Source: Gemmatimonadaceae bacterium
GTDB taxonomy: Bacteria > Gemmatimonadota > Gemmatimonadetes > Gemmatimonadales > Gemmatimonadaceae
NCBI GenBank assembly: GCA_013816855.1
Contig: JACDDT010000005.1
Location: 2,345-66,344 of the forward strand
DNA: 64,000 nucleotides
Direction: 5' to 3'
The notes below the pieces were generated by a model that ran no database searches, was not told the origin of the DNA, and was given only the letters and a program-made list of their open reading frames with translations. Position 1 is the stretch's first letter; each line of letters begins with the position of its first letter. Shown here in pieces: positions 39,170-48,842 of the stretch. Position numbers and translations under genes: made by a program.

Positions 39170-40587
39170 TGCTTTTTCAGCGCGGCCGCTGAGTCTACTG
39201 CGTCAGCGCGCGGCAGCGGCGACGGCATGTCCGCGATGACGTAGGACATCACTGACATCAGCGCCACACACGCCGCCACTTCGTGCGGGTCGAGCTTGTC
39301 CATCGTGTCAGCTTCACTGTGATGGTACCAGAAGTACTTTCCCCCATCCACCTCGAGCGACATTGCGGGAACGCCGAGACTGGCGAGCTTCTCCACGTCC
39401 GCCTCGGGGCCGCCAGCAGTAACCTTCGTCGCATTGAGCGGACCGAGCAGCGTCGCGATGTCGCGCGCAACGGCGAGTGCTTTTCTTCCGCCGGCTATGC
39501 GGTAGCCGAGCGGCCGAAATACTCCGTTGTCGGACTCCATCGCCATCACGTGATTGTTCAGCTCATTTCGATGCGCATCGCGGTAGGCCTCCGCTCCACG
39601 GCCATCCGTCTCCTCGTTCGTCCACAAGACGACTCGCACGGTCCGCCGTGGGCGGAGCCCCAGGCGCTTCATCAATCGAAGCGCTTCCCATGCGGCAACC
39701 GCTCCGCCACCGTCATCCATCGCGCCCTGTCCGACGTCCCAGGAATCGATGTGTCCGCCCATCACTACCACTTCATCCGGCAGCTCCGATCCCCGCAATT
39801 CCGCGATCACATTACGAGAGGAAGCGTCAGGTAGCCGCTGCTCGTTCATGCTGAGTGAGACAACCACCTCCTGCCCGCGCGCGCTCATCCTCGAGAGCAT
39901 CGCCGCGTCCTCCACGCTCAACGCCGCCGCAGGAATTTTTTTCACCGCGCTGTCGTATCCCATCCAACCCGTGTGCGGGTTCTGCATCGACCCTGAGGAA
40001 ACGGATCTTATCAACACCGCGACAGCTCCGAGTTTCGCAGCCTGAACCGCTCCCCCGCCCCGGTATTGAACCGTCTCTCCGTAGTTGGTGAACGGAACGT
40101 CGTAGAGGACGATCTTGCCCTTTACTTGAGGCGCGTGGGCGGTAAGCTCGTTCCAAGAGTGCACAACAATTACCGGCGCGGTTATTCCGCCTGCTGATGT
40201 GCCCACAGTCATGCCGAGTCCGATCATATGAAGCTTGAGAGTGCGCGGCTTCAGCAGGGTCGCCGATTCCGCTCCGCGAACCCAGTGCGGCACCATCGCC
40301 GGCTCCGTGTGAACGTTCTCCAGGCCGTCCGCTTTCATTCGTGCTACGATCCAATCGATGGCGGAATCAAGCGCGGCGGAGCCGCTCTGACGATGACCGA
40401 ATGTGTCCGTGAGATCTGCAAGCTTGTTCCACGCAGAGCTATCTGACATCGCAGCGGCGATCATCTTCCTTGCTGTCGTACGGTACTTATTTGCGATCGG
40501 CGTCCGGCTCGTCTGTGCAGCGCTGTTCGCTATCGGAACTGACGCGAACACGAAGGCGGTGAAAACAGTGCGAATAACGTTTTTCAT
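39166..40587 (-). CDS. Secreted M28-family metallopeptidase (carboxypeptidase Q-like) with PA domain
   Basis: Signal peptide; GGHIDSWD, AMDDGGG, NEE, ESDNG, YHHSEADT. Confidence 0.9.
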   Translation of the reverse strand: MKNVIRTVFTAFVFASVPIANSAAQTSRTPIANKYRTTARKMIAAAMSDSSAWNKLADLTDTFGHRQSGSAALDSAIDWIVARMKADGLENVHTEPAMVPHWVRGAESATLLKPRTLKLHMIGLGMTVGTSAGGITAPVIVVHSWNELTAHAPQVKGKIVLYDVPFTNYGETVQYRGGGAVQAAKLGAVAVLIRSVSSGSMQNPHTGWMGYDSAVKKIPAAALSVEDAAMLSRMSARGQEVVVSLSMNEQRLPDASSRNVIAELRGSELPDEVVVMGGHIDSWDVGQGAMDDGGGAVAAWEALRLMKRLGLRPRRTVRVVLWTNEETDGRGAEAYRDAHRNELNNHVMAMESDNGVFRPLGYRIAGGRKALAVARDIATLLGPLNATKVTAGGPEADVEKLASLGVPAMSLEVDGGKYFWYHHSEADTMDKLDPHEVAACVALMSVMSYVIADMPSPLPRADAVDSAAALKKH

Positions 40588-42284
40588 TTGATTGGAATCG
40601 GCCCGGGTGTGTGTCGCTTTAGTCCAGACTGTATTGGGGAAACCAAGGGCAGCGTCAGCGTAAACGTACTTCCCTTCTGGACTGCCGTTTTCACGGTCAC
40701 GTCTCCGCCGAGCAAACGTGCGAGCTTCCTCGTCACGCTGAGACCGAGTCCGGTGCCGCCTGCCCGCCGGGTCGCGCCCTGCTCCACTTGCCAGAAAGGC
40801 TCGAATACCGCCTCGAGATGATCTGCATCAATGCCTATTCCCGTGTCGCTCACACAGAGCTCGGCCAGATCACCTCTAATCGCTGCGGTGAGACGCACCT
40901 CGCCCTGATCCGTGAACTTGATTGCGTTCGAGAGGAGATTGACGAGCATCTGCTTGAACTTGGTGCGATCGGTGGTGATGCTCTGATCCTCAAACAAATT
41001 CACCACCACAAACCGCAACGACTTGGCAGTTGCCATTGGCTCTACAAGAGCAGCGGCCTCGGCGATCGCTGTATTCATCGAGACCTTGTCGAGTCTGATC
41101 TTTTCGCGACCGACATCGACTCTCGCAAAGGTGAGAATCTCGTCAATGAGACCAAGCAGATGATGCGCGCTCGCGTTGATGCGTCCAAGCTGCTGGCGCT
41201 GCTGGTCGGTAACCGGCCCGGTGATCCCGTCTGAGAGAAGCTCCTCATAGCCCATGATGGCGGTAAGCGGAGTGCGCAGCTCATGCGACATAACGGCCAG
41301 AAAATCCGTCTTGATCGTGTTTGCGCGTTCCGCTTCCGTGCGCGCCGTTTCGGCTTCTATACGCGCCCGCTCGGCCGCGCTGCGTGCGTCCTGCTCGCGA
41401 AGAATCAGCGCCGACCGGTCATTGTCCATCTCGCGGAGAACCCGGGCCGCCCAAAGGACTACGGCGAGAAAGGTCACGATGCTCACGCCGGCGAAGAGCG
41501 TAATGCCAAACTCGGATTCGTACATGCCGGCGCGCTGCCCGGCGACCCGCAGAAGCGCGAGCAAAACTGGAAGAACCATCGCCGCCGGCAGGAGGCGCCG
41601 GGTCATTACTCCCGCGGCGCCGTGATCCACGAGCAGGCTGGAAAAACCGCGCTCCCGATGCGCGAAAAGAATTCCTATCCCCAACACGAGAAAGCAGATG
41701 ACAGCCGGGAGAGCCATACCCGACCCAACATTGAACGAATAGAGCTCGCGAACACCGAAGACGTATCCGAGCAGCGCGAGGATGGCGACCACCAGTCCGC
41801 CTGCCGCAAAGAGCTGGCTTCGCAGATCGCGCTTCTTGATGTCGTGCGTGAGAAACAACAAGCCAAGCGACATGAGGAGTAGCGCCGCCGAGGTGTTTAC
41901 CGCGATGCGGCCGGCAGGGCGCCACGGTGCGGCGAGGACGCTGTCGCGGAAAAGAATCAGATCGATTCCGAAGCTCGGCTCGTATTGGTACTCGAGAAAC
42001 TCGATGATTGCGATCGCAGCCACGACCAGCGCGAGAAGCTTCTGCACCCATCGCGTGATGTCGCTTTCTGCGGCACGATTCGAGAGCGCGAGGGAAGTTG
42101 CCGCGAGCAGAAAGCACACGGCGGTAGCGGGAATCATCGCTACTCCGTTCGGTGTGAATCGCAGCAGCTCGTGAAAATCCGTTGCCCAGCCGGCGAGCAC
42201 GAGCGCGGCGACAACGCCGACAAAAATCGCGCATCCAAGCGGGATCCTACGCGCCAGCTTGTCTAGCGCACTTCTCCGGTCCAT
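40584..42284 (-). CDS. Orphan multi-TM sensor histidine kinase
   Basis: About 7 TM helices; [13 protein letters not shown]; NLLSNAIKF; GGTGLGL; no receiver domain or adjacent response regulator. Confidence 0.9.
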   Translation of the reverse strand: MDRRSALDKLARRIPLGCAIFVGVVAALVLAGWATDFHELLRFTPNGVAMIPATAVCFLLAATSLALSNRAAESDITRWVQKLLALVVAAIAIIEFLEYQYEPSFGIDLILFRDSVLAAPWRPAGRIAVNTSAALLLMSLGLLFLTHDIKKRDLRSQLFAAGGLVVAILALLGYVFGVRELYSFNVGSGMALPAVICFLVLGIGILFAHRERGFSSLLVDHGAAGVMTRRLLPAAMVLPVLLALLRVAGQRAGMYESEFGITLFAGVSIVTFLAVVLWAARVLREMDNDRSALILREQDARSAAERARIEAETARTEAERANTIKTDFLAVMSHELRTPLTAIMGYEELLSDGITGPVTDQQRQQLGRINASAHHLLGLIDEILTFARVDVGREKIRLDKVSMNTAIAEAAALVEPMATAKSLRFVVVNLFEDQSITTDRTKFKQMLVNLLSNAIKFTDQGEVRLTAAIRGDLAELCVSDTGIGIDADHLEAVFEPFWQVEQGATRRAGGTGLGLSVTRKLARLLGGDVTVKTAVQKGSTFTLTLPLVSPIQSGLKRHTPGPIPIK

Positions 42285-42414
42285 CTACAACGCTTTCCTG
42301 ATCAATGCTCTTTCGGTGGAAGTGGGATAAGAATGAATCTAGACCTCTCGAACTGGGACGGTAAAACGTAGGCGCGCAGGGTGTCCTGGCAAGGTGCGTG
42401 TACGCCCGCTATGA

Positions 42415-43779
42415 TTGCAGCAGACCGGTCGCGTCCCGCAAAAAAACTCCTTTTCCATAAACGCATCAGTGGCGGCGAAAACATCCCATCCCGCTCCGGT
42501 CAAGGAGCACATCGCCAGCCTTCTCGACGAAGCACGGGTCAGGACGCTGCTTCTCGTATCCGGCCTCACCGACGAAGACCTTCATCGGCAGCATGACCCG
42601 CTGATGAGCCCGATCATCTGGGACTTGGGCCACATCGCACATTTCGAGGAGCTGTGGCTCACAAAGAATCTCGATGGGAAAATCGAATTCTCCGAGATGC
42701 CCGGACTTTACAATCCGCTCGAGCACCCTCGCGCCACCCGCGCGTCTCTCCCGCTCCCTTCCCTCTCGGAGATGAAAACGCGGATGGCGGAGATCCGCGA
42801 GCGCGTCCTTGAGCGGCTCCAGCACCAACAATTCGACGAACGCAACCCGCTGTTAAGGAACGCACTCGTCTATCACATGGTGCTCCAGCACGAGTACCAG
42901 CACAACGAAACGATGCTGCAGACGCTGCAGCTCAAGCTCGGCGATCAATACCACCCCCCGCGACGTCTTCCAGCTCCGCCGGGAACGATGGTGACCGTGC
43001 GGATGGTTTCTTTCCCCGGTGGGACCGTGACCGTCGGCACTGATGACGCATCGTGGTCATACGACAATGAACGTCCGCGCCATGAACTCGAGCTCCCGCC
43101 TTTTGCGATCGACGCGTTTCCCGTTACCAACGGACAGTACGCGGCTTTCATCGATGACGGCGGTTATGACGACGAGAGACACTGGTCAAAAGCAGGCTGG
43201 GATTGGCTCGCGCAATCCGGAGTCCGGGCGCCCAAGTATTGGGAGGGCGAACGAGGCTCTCGCATCGAGCGGAACATGGATCGGGTTGCTCCGCTCGACC
43301 CCAACCGGCCCGTTTGTCACGTCTGCTACTATGAAGCCGACGCGTTCGCGAGGTGGTCGGGCAAACGTCTTCCCACAGAGCTAGAGTGGGAGACAGCAGC
43401 ATCGTGGAGTCCGGCTTCCCCTCCGAGAGATTACCCGTGGGGCGAAGAAACTCCGGACCCGGATCGCGCCAATGTCGATCAGCTAACCTTCCAGACCGCG
43501 CCCCTCGGCGCTTACCGGGCGAACGTGTCTCCCCTCGGATGTTACGGAATGATCGGAGACGTGTGGGAATGGACGTCCAGTGAATTCCTCGGTTATCCCG
43601 GCTTCCGCGCATTTCCGTACAAGGAATATTCGGAAGATTTCTTTGGCCCGGACTATCGAGTGCTTCGCGGCGGGTCCTGGGCGACGAGGTCGCACGCAAT
43701 TCGCAATACGTTTCGAAACTGGGATTATCCAATCCGACGTCAAATCTTCAGCGGCTTCCGCTGCGCCTCCGATTCATGA
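42415..43779 (+). CDS. egtB: Ergothioneine sulfoxide synthase, type I (DinB plus FGE domains)
   Basis: WDLGHIAH, QHEYQHNETMLQ iron motif, PRATR, YKEYS, RNWDYPIRRQIFSGFR; start may be GTG 42469. Confidence 0.92.
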   Translation: MQQTGRVPQKNSFSINASVAAKTSHPAPVKEHIASLLDEARVRTLLLVSGLTDEDLHRQHDPLMSPIIWDLGHIAHFEELWLTKNLDGKIEFSEMPGLYNPLEHPRATRASLPLPSLSEMKTRMAEIRERVLERLQHQQFDERNPLLRNALVYHMVLQHEYQHNETMLQTLQLKLGDQYHPPRRLPAPPGTMVTVRMVSFPGGTVTVGTDDASWSYDNERPRHELELPPFAIDAFPVTNGQYAAFIDDGGYDDERHWSKAGWDWLAQSGVRAPKYWEGERGSRIERNMDRVAPLDPNRPVCHVCYYEADAFARWSGKRLPTELEWETAASWSPASPPRDYPWGEETPDPDRANVDQLTFQTAPLGAYRANVSPLGCYGMIGDVWEWTSSEFLGYPGFRAFPYKEYSEDFFGPDYRVLRGGSWATRSHAIRNTFRNWDYPIRRQIFSGFRCASDS

Positions 43780-43798
43780 GACTGCCTTGAACGATTAC

Positions 43799-44761
43799 AT
43801 GAGCTCTACTGCGCCCTATACGGTCCGCCGCTCACGCCAGCAGATGGTTCGCGACGTGAGGAAGGGGCTCACCGACTCTCCGAAACGGCTGTCGTCTAAG
43901 TACTTCTACGACGAGCGCGGCTCCCAGCTCTTCGAGCAAATAACGGATCTACCCGAGTATTATCTCACGCGCGCCGAGCGCGCGCTGCTCCAGCGCGTCG
44001 TGACCGGGCTCATCGATGAGCTGGCGCCGTGCACTCTCGTCGAGCTCGGCGCAGGCAGCGCGACGAAGACGCGCATCATTCTCGATGCAATGATCGCCAA
44101 GGGCGCGGGTGTCTCTTACGCGCCCATCGATGTGAGTAGGGATTTTCTGGAGTCGGCCGCGGCGATTTTACAGCTGCAGTACCCCAACGTCGAGATTACA
44201 CCCGTCGTATCGGACATCACCGAAGCGTTTACGCTTGCTGCGACGACACCGCCAGTTCTCTTCGCTTTTCTCGGAAGCACCATCGGGAATTTTCCCCGCG
44301 AGCCCGCGGTCGTCCTGCTTTCACATGTGGCGAAGCTAATGGAACCCGGGGACGCATTTCTTCTCGGTGCGGATCTCCGGAAGGACGCGAATGTGCTGCA
44401 CGCGGCCTACAATGATTCGCAAGGAGTTACGGCCGCATTCAATCTCAACCTTCTCGATCGGTTGAACCGGGAGCTCGGCGCGAATTTCCCGCTCGATCAG
44501 TTTGAGCACCGCGCCTTCTATAGCATGGAACACCACCGCATCGAGATGCACCTCGTAGCGCGCGAGCCGATGGTGGTGACGATCCCCGAGATCGGGCAGG
44601 TCAACTTCTATTCCGGCGAAACGATACGGACCGAGCTCAGCTACAAGTACGATCGCGCCACTCTCGAGGGGATCCTTGCCGACTCGGGAATGAAGCTGGA
44701 GAAATGGATTCCCGACGAAGGGAACGTTTTTGCGCTCGCCGTCGCCCGCGTAGCTCGCTAG
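43799..44761 (+). CDS. egtD: L-histidine N-alpha-trimethyltransferase
   Basis: KYFYDERGSQLFEQITDLPEYYLTRAE, ELGAGS, FLGSTIGN, AYNDSQGVTAAFN, RIEMHL, TELSYKY; start ATG 43799. Confidence 0.93.
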   Translation: MSSTAPYTVRRSRQQMVRDVRKGLTDSPKRLSSKYFYDERGSQLFEQITDLPEYYLTRAERALLQRVVTGLIDELAPCTLVELGAGSATKTRIILDAMIAKGAGVSYAPIDVSRDFLESAAAILQLQYPNVEITPVVSDITEAFTLAATTPPVLFAFLGSTIGNFPREPAVVLLSHVAKLMEPGDAFLLGADLRKDANVLHAAYNDSQGVTAAFNLNLLDRLNRELGANFPLDQFEHRAFYSMEHHRIEMHLVAREPMVVTIPEIGQVNFYSGETIRTELSYKYDRATLEGILADSGMKLEKWIPDEGNVFALAVARVAR

Positions 44762-44765
44762 AGGA

Positions 44766-45959
44766 ATGAGCCTCGACGAGGCCGCGCTTCTCGATGATGT
44801 GAGGTCGCGCCTGTTCGCGCCGTCATCGCCCGCACGAACGATCGGCGCCGAGCTCGAGCTGATTCCGATTCATACCGAGACGCACGCGGCCGTCCGCATA
44901 GACGATCCGCACTTGCCGTCTTCGTCACGCATTGTTCGCCGGGTCGCTGAGCGGCAAGGCTGGAGGGAAGCGAGCGCGGATGGTTCGGCGCCGAGCTGGG
45001 ATCTTCCTGACGGAGCCCGCATCTCATTCGAGCCCGGCGGGCAGATCGAGATCAGCAGCGCACCGCAGTCTTCGTGTTCCGGGTTGATTGCATCGCTTCA
45101 GAATATCGTGTCGATGCTCAGCGATGCCGCGGCTGAAGAAGACATAGAGCTGCTTTCGGCCGGGGCCGATCCGTACAACGGAATCGATAGCGTTCCTCTT
45201 CAGCTTGCCGCCGAGCGCTACCTACGAATGACTCGCTACCTCGCAGGGCGCGGCGAATTTGGAATCCGCATGATGCGTCAAACTGCGGCGCTTCAAATCA
45301 GTGTAGAGCATGGCCCTCGTCCACTCGATCGGTGGAGGCTATTGAATGCGCTCGCTCCGTACATCATCGCGATTTTTGCAAACTCGCCGCGATATGGGGG
45401 CCGCGACACCGGACACGCGAGTTATCGCACCCACTTTTGGCGCAATCTTGATGAGAGTCGTACGGGGATTCCGTTTCGGGAAAGCGATCCAGCCGCTGCA
45501 TACACACGGTTTGCCTTGGGTGCCGGCACTTTGCGGGCTGAGAATGGCGCGGGCGAGTTCCATCCATTTGCCTCGCTTCTTCACGCCCCTGAGACCGCGA
45601 TGAGCGATTGGCATTTCCATCTCTCAACGCTTTTTCCCGAAATCCGCCCGAAGGAATATTTTGAGGTTAGATCCGCCGACGCGATCGCTGCCTCCGACCT
45701 CGCCGCACCACTCGTCTTTGTAACGGGGCTCGTCTACGACGATGACGCCACCATGCGTGCACTCGATGTGCTCGGCGCGCCCGATGAGAAAATGCTCGTC
45801 ATCGCTGGACGGGATGGGCTTCGAGATAATGATCTTAGCGCGCGTGCGCGCGAAGTAATCGACGTCGCGATAGAAGGTGCGTCGCGCCTCCCCGACGAAT
45901 ATCTCAGCGACGCGCACAAGGAGCACGCGGCCCGGTGGCTGAGAGATCGTGTGAGGTGA
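44766..45959 (+). CDS. egtA: Glutamate-cysteine ligase, GCS2 family
   Basis: IGAELELI, SFEPGGQIEISS, MMRQTAALQIS, FANSP, HLSTLFPEIRPKEYFEVRSADA. Confidence 0.88.
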   Translation: MSLDEAALLDDVRSRLFAPSSPARTIGAELELIPIHTETHAAVRIDDPHLPSSSRIVRRVAERQGWREASADGSAPSWDLPDGARISFEPGGQIEISSAPQSSCSGLIASLQNIVSMLSDAAAEEDIELLSAGADPYNGIDSVPLQLAAERYLRMTRYLAGRGEFGIRMMRQTAALQISVEHGPRPLDRWRLLNALAPYIIAIFANSPRYGGRDTGHASYRTHFWRNLDESRTGIPFRESDPAAAYTRFALGAGTLRAENGAGEFHPFASLLHAPETAMSDWHFHLSTLFPEIRPKEYFEVRSADAIAASDLAAPLVFVTGLVYDDDATMRALDVLGAPDEKMLVIAGRDGLRDNDLSARAREVIDVAIEGASRLPDEYLSDAHKEHAARWLRDRVR

Positions 45960-45967
45960 CGCAGCGG

Positions 45968-46120
45968 TTAGCGCTCACTGAAGCGGGCAACAAGCGGCGA
46001 GCTTCCATCACCATCGTCGGGAAAGCCGAGGCTTGAAGGCAACCAGTCGCGCCGTACTGGGTGTGTTAGATAGTATTCTAACAGCTTCCGCCTCTCGATT
46101 GCGATTCGAGATCCAGGCAC
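45968..46120 (-). CDS. Putative 50-aa small ORF, weakly DUF6883-like (below the ORF-track cutoff)
   Basis: GTG 46120 preceded by TAGTCT-N5; MPGSRIAIERRKLLEYYLTHPVRRDWLPSSLGF...; stop TAA at 45968. Confidence 0.3.
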   Translation of the reverse strand: MPGSRIAIERRKLLEYYLTHPVRRDWLPSSLGFPDDGDGSSPLVARFSER

Positions 46121-46241
46121 TGAGTAGACTACGCCCACCGCCAGACCGATGGGAAGCTCCTCGCCAATCGGGCTTTATCGCCTACCGCGGGAGGACTGTC
46201 CGGGATCGATTGACGAGCGTTGTTAGGTAATTATCTAATGA

Positions 46242-46832
46242 TCAGATAGACCCTGCGTTTACCCATTTCACCACGTTGGGTGCCTCGTAGGCGGCGAATT
46301 TATCCAACAAAGCGCCTGCGTCGCTCTCCACGATGACCATGCTGCGATGCACCTCGCGCACGAACTTCTCTTCCACCGTCCGGTCGAGGAAAGTGAGGAG
46401 CGAATCGTAGTAGCCGGCAGCATTGAACAGGCCGCAGGGCTTTTGATGCATCCCGAGCTGCGCCCAGGTCCACGTCTCAAAGAACTCCTCGAGCGTTCCG
46501 ATTCCGCCGGGTAGTGCGATGAACCCGTCGGCCAGCTCCGCCATCAACGCCTTTCTCTCGTGCATGGATCCGACGACGCGGAGATCTGCCAGAGAAGTGT
46601 TCGCCACCTCGCGATCGACGAGCGTTTTCGGAATGATCCCAACTACGTCGCCAAGCTCATCCTGAACTTCGTCGGCGATCGCCGCCATCAACCCTACGTT
46701 CGACCCGCCGTACACCAGTCCGATTCCACGCGCTGCCATTGCCTTGCCCAAAGACTTCGCGGCCGCGATGTATTCGGGTCTCGCTCCCACATTGCTTCCA
46801 CAAAAAACTGCGATACGGCGGATATCTGTCAC
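46242..46832 (-). CDS. LOG family nucleotide phosphoribohydrolase (TIGR00730)
   Basis: VFCGS, LVYGGSNVGLM, MHERK, LPGGIGTLEE. Confidence 0.93.
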   Translation of the reverse strand: MTDIRRIAVFCGSNVGARPEYIAAAKSLGKAMAARGIGLVYGGSNVGLMAAIADEVQDELGDVVGIIPKTLVDREVANTSLADLRVVGSMHERKALMAELADGFIALPGGIGTLEEFFETWTWAQLGMHQKPCGLFNAAGYYDSLLTFLDRTVEEKFVREVHRSMVIVESDAGALLDKFAAYEAPNVVKWVNAGSI

Positions 46833-47650
46833 GCTTTCGGTGTTTCCCTTTTTGGCGCGCTTGAGAGACGGCCACCAAGTCCCGTTAGAGATTGCCCGCC
46901 GTCGCAGAGGATGACCGCGCCGGTGATGAATTTGGCAGCAACGCTGGCGAGGAAGAGGGCGAGATCCGCAACCTCGTCCTTCTGGGCGAACCTCCTGAGA
47001 GGAATCATATTCGTGTAATGCTCCCTGATCTCCGGCGTAGGCGCCAAGCGAGCCATCCCTTCCGTATCATCGACTGCGCCGGGCGCGATGGAGTTCACGC
47101 GAACACCTTCGCTCCCCCACTCGAGAGCGAGACACTTGGTGAGCATGTCCACGCCCGCTTTCGCCGCACACACGTGAGCTTGCATCGCCATCGGACTCAC
47201 CGCCTGCATCGCCGAGACATTGATGATGCTCGCTCCTGGCCGCCTCAAATGCTCGAAGCCGGCACGGCAGGTATTGAACGTTCCGAGCAGATCGATGTCC
47301 ACCACCGCCTTGAACCCGTTTGCCGACATTCCAAGCACCGGCGCCGGAAAGTTTCCCGCGGCTCCGCATACGATAATGTCGATGAGGCCGTGGTCGCTGC
47401 GCGCGGAAGCGATGGCCGCGGAGAGCGCATCGTAATCACGGACGTCGGCGGCATATCCGCCGGCTTTCGCTCCAAGCGCGCGAAGCTCCGCGGCGGCGGC
47501 ATCCAGCTTTTCCTTGGTGCGGCCGACCAGAGAAACGTTCGCACCATGTGACGCGAAGCGCTTCGCGATGGCGAGGTTGATGCCGCTGCCTCCGCCCGTG
47601 ATAAGTGCCGACTTTCCCGCGAGCTGCTTCTCTGCGAACGCTTCCGGCAT
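46829..47650 (-). CDS. SDR oxidoreductase, peroxisomal 2,4-dienoyl-CoA reductase-like
   Basis: TGGGSGI, GAAGNF, FKAVVDIDLLGTFN, AHVCAAKAG (no catalytic Tyr), IAPG. Confidence 0.85.
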   Translation of the reverse strand: MPEAFAEKQLAGKSALITGGGSGINLAIAKRFASHGANVSLVGRTKEKLDAAAAELRALGAKAGGYAADVRDYDALSAAIASARSDHGLIDIIVCGAAGNFPAPVLGMSANGFKAVVDIDLLGTFNTCRAGFEHLRRPGASIINVSAMQAVSPMAMQAHVCAAKAGVDMLTKCLALEWGSEGVRVNSIAPGAVDDTEGMARLAPTPEIREHYTNMIPLRRFAQKDEVADLALFLASVAAKFITGAVILCDGGQSLTGLGGRLSSAPKRETPKA

Positions 47651-47771
47651 ATGCTCCTAAGTGAGCCGCGTAACCGTGTCGCTGGCGCGGGCGGGAGACA
47701 CAACATATCGTCGTCTGTGATGGCAACGCCACCGCCCGCGCTCGAAACTTTCTTTTGATATTCTTGCGCGA

Positions 47772-48842
47772 TTAGCGGGATTTTTTTCGCGTCTTGGAGA
47801 GCTTGAGCTTTCCTTCCGTCGAAAAAAGCGCGGCAACAGCTGCCTCCGACAACTTCTCGAGCTTGGAGCGGTCGAGCGAGAGGCGTCCGCCACCAGCGCC
47901 TTCCAATATCAGACCCGCGTCGCGCAGCGAGTGTACGTGGTGTGTAATTGTCGGCTTGGAAACTTTGAGCTGTCGCGAAAGCTCGGTCGGTGTTGCAGGA
48001 GAGCGGGCGAGGATAGTAGCGATGGCGTAACGCGTGGTATCGCCTAGAGCGCGAAAGACGACTTCTGGCTGAACGTCCAGGCTCGCAGCGGCCCCGCGAT
48101 TCCCAACCTTGTTCGCCGCGATGGCATCATTCGGCGTAATCGTGCCGTCGCTGACTGGGAAAAATAGGTCGACGCGCTCGACATCGCGCTTCGTCCACCA
48201 ACGGTTGAGGTTGAACGCGGACGGAAGAACTACTACCCGTCCGACGTGCGAAAGGTCGACTGCATAACCGCCGCGCCCGGCCGCAAGTGTGCGTGCCTCT
48301 TCGTCAACTCTAATCGGGAGTCCCAAACGGGATCCTGCGTTAGCCGTCGTTGCGCTCGCGCTCGTCGCGCGAAGTTGCCGGGCCATCCGGTTGAGCTCCG
48401 GCTCGACGGCGGCAAAGTCGTCCGCGAACACGCGTGACCAGAACGCGCGCAGGACGGCGGCTACCTTCGAGCGGTATTCGTCGGGGTCGCGAAGGAGCTT
48501 TGAAAACGTCCCGGGGAGATCCGCGCCCGGCACGTCCGGCACTCCGGCAAGCACGGTTTCGCGAAAAAGATTCGCGTTCTGATTTTCTATCGCGCTTACG
48601 ATGTCATCGACGGTTGCTATGCGCTTCGCATGTAGAGTCGAGTCAGCCAGCACCGCCCACATTAGAGGATGCGGAGCGACTTCATCGGCGTCGCTCACGA
48701 TGCGGGCGCCGAGTCTAGCGCGCGCCGATTTTCTCCAGCGGTCACTGAACGCGGTCGCCGGCGCGAATAGCTTGTGAAGTGCGTAGAAGATCTCGAAGCG
48801 CGGGCCTACTTCGACTTCGATCGCGAGTTTTTCGGACCGCAT
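47772..48842 (-). CDS. ArsR-type winged-helix regulator with long N-terminal (DUF5937-like) domain
   Basis: C-terminal VFRALGDTTRYAI...TELSRQLKVSKPTITHHVHSLRDAGLI; VVVLPSAF motif. Confidence 0.8.
   Translation of the reverse strand: MRSEKLAIEVEVGPRFEIFYALHKLFAPATAFSDRWRKSARARLGARIVSDADEVAPHPLMWAVLADSTLHAKRIATVDDIVSAIENQNANLFRETVLAGVPDVPGADLPGTFSKLLRDPDEYRSKVAAVLRAFWSRVFADDFAAVEPELNRMARQLRATSASATTANAGSRLGLPIRVDEEARTLAAGRGGYAVDLSHVGRVVVLPSAFNLNRWWTKRDVERVDLFFPVSDGTITPNDAIAANKVGNRGAAASLDVQPEVVFRALGDTTRYAIATILARSPATPTELSRQLKVSKPTITHHVHSLRDAGLILEGAGGGRLSLDRSKLEKLSEAAVAALFSTEGKLKLSKTRKKSR

Noticed and set aside
42415-43779. SenA (selenoneine) or OvoA (ovothiol) instead of EgtB
   Set aside because: No senB or selD neighbours, no C-terminal methyltransferase domain, and type I EgtB motifs sit with egtD and egtA.
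46064-46240. Integron attC or chromosomal dif site
   Set aside because: The span is longer than typical attC, internal complementarity is weak, one core is imperfect, there is no intI, and the match to XerC/XerD arms is poor.
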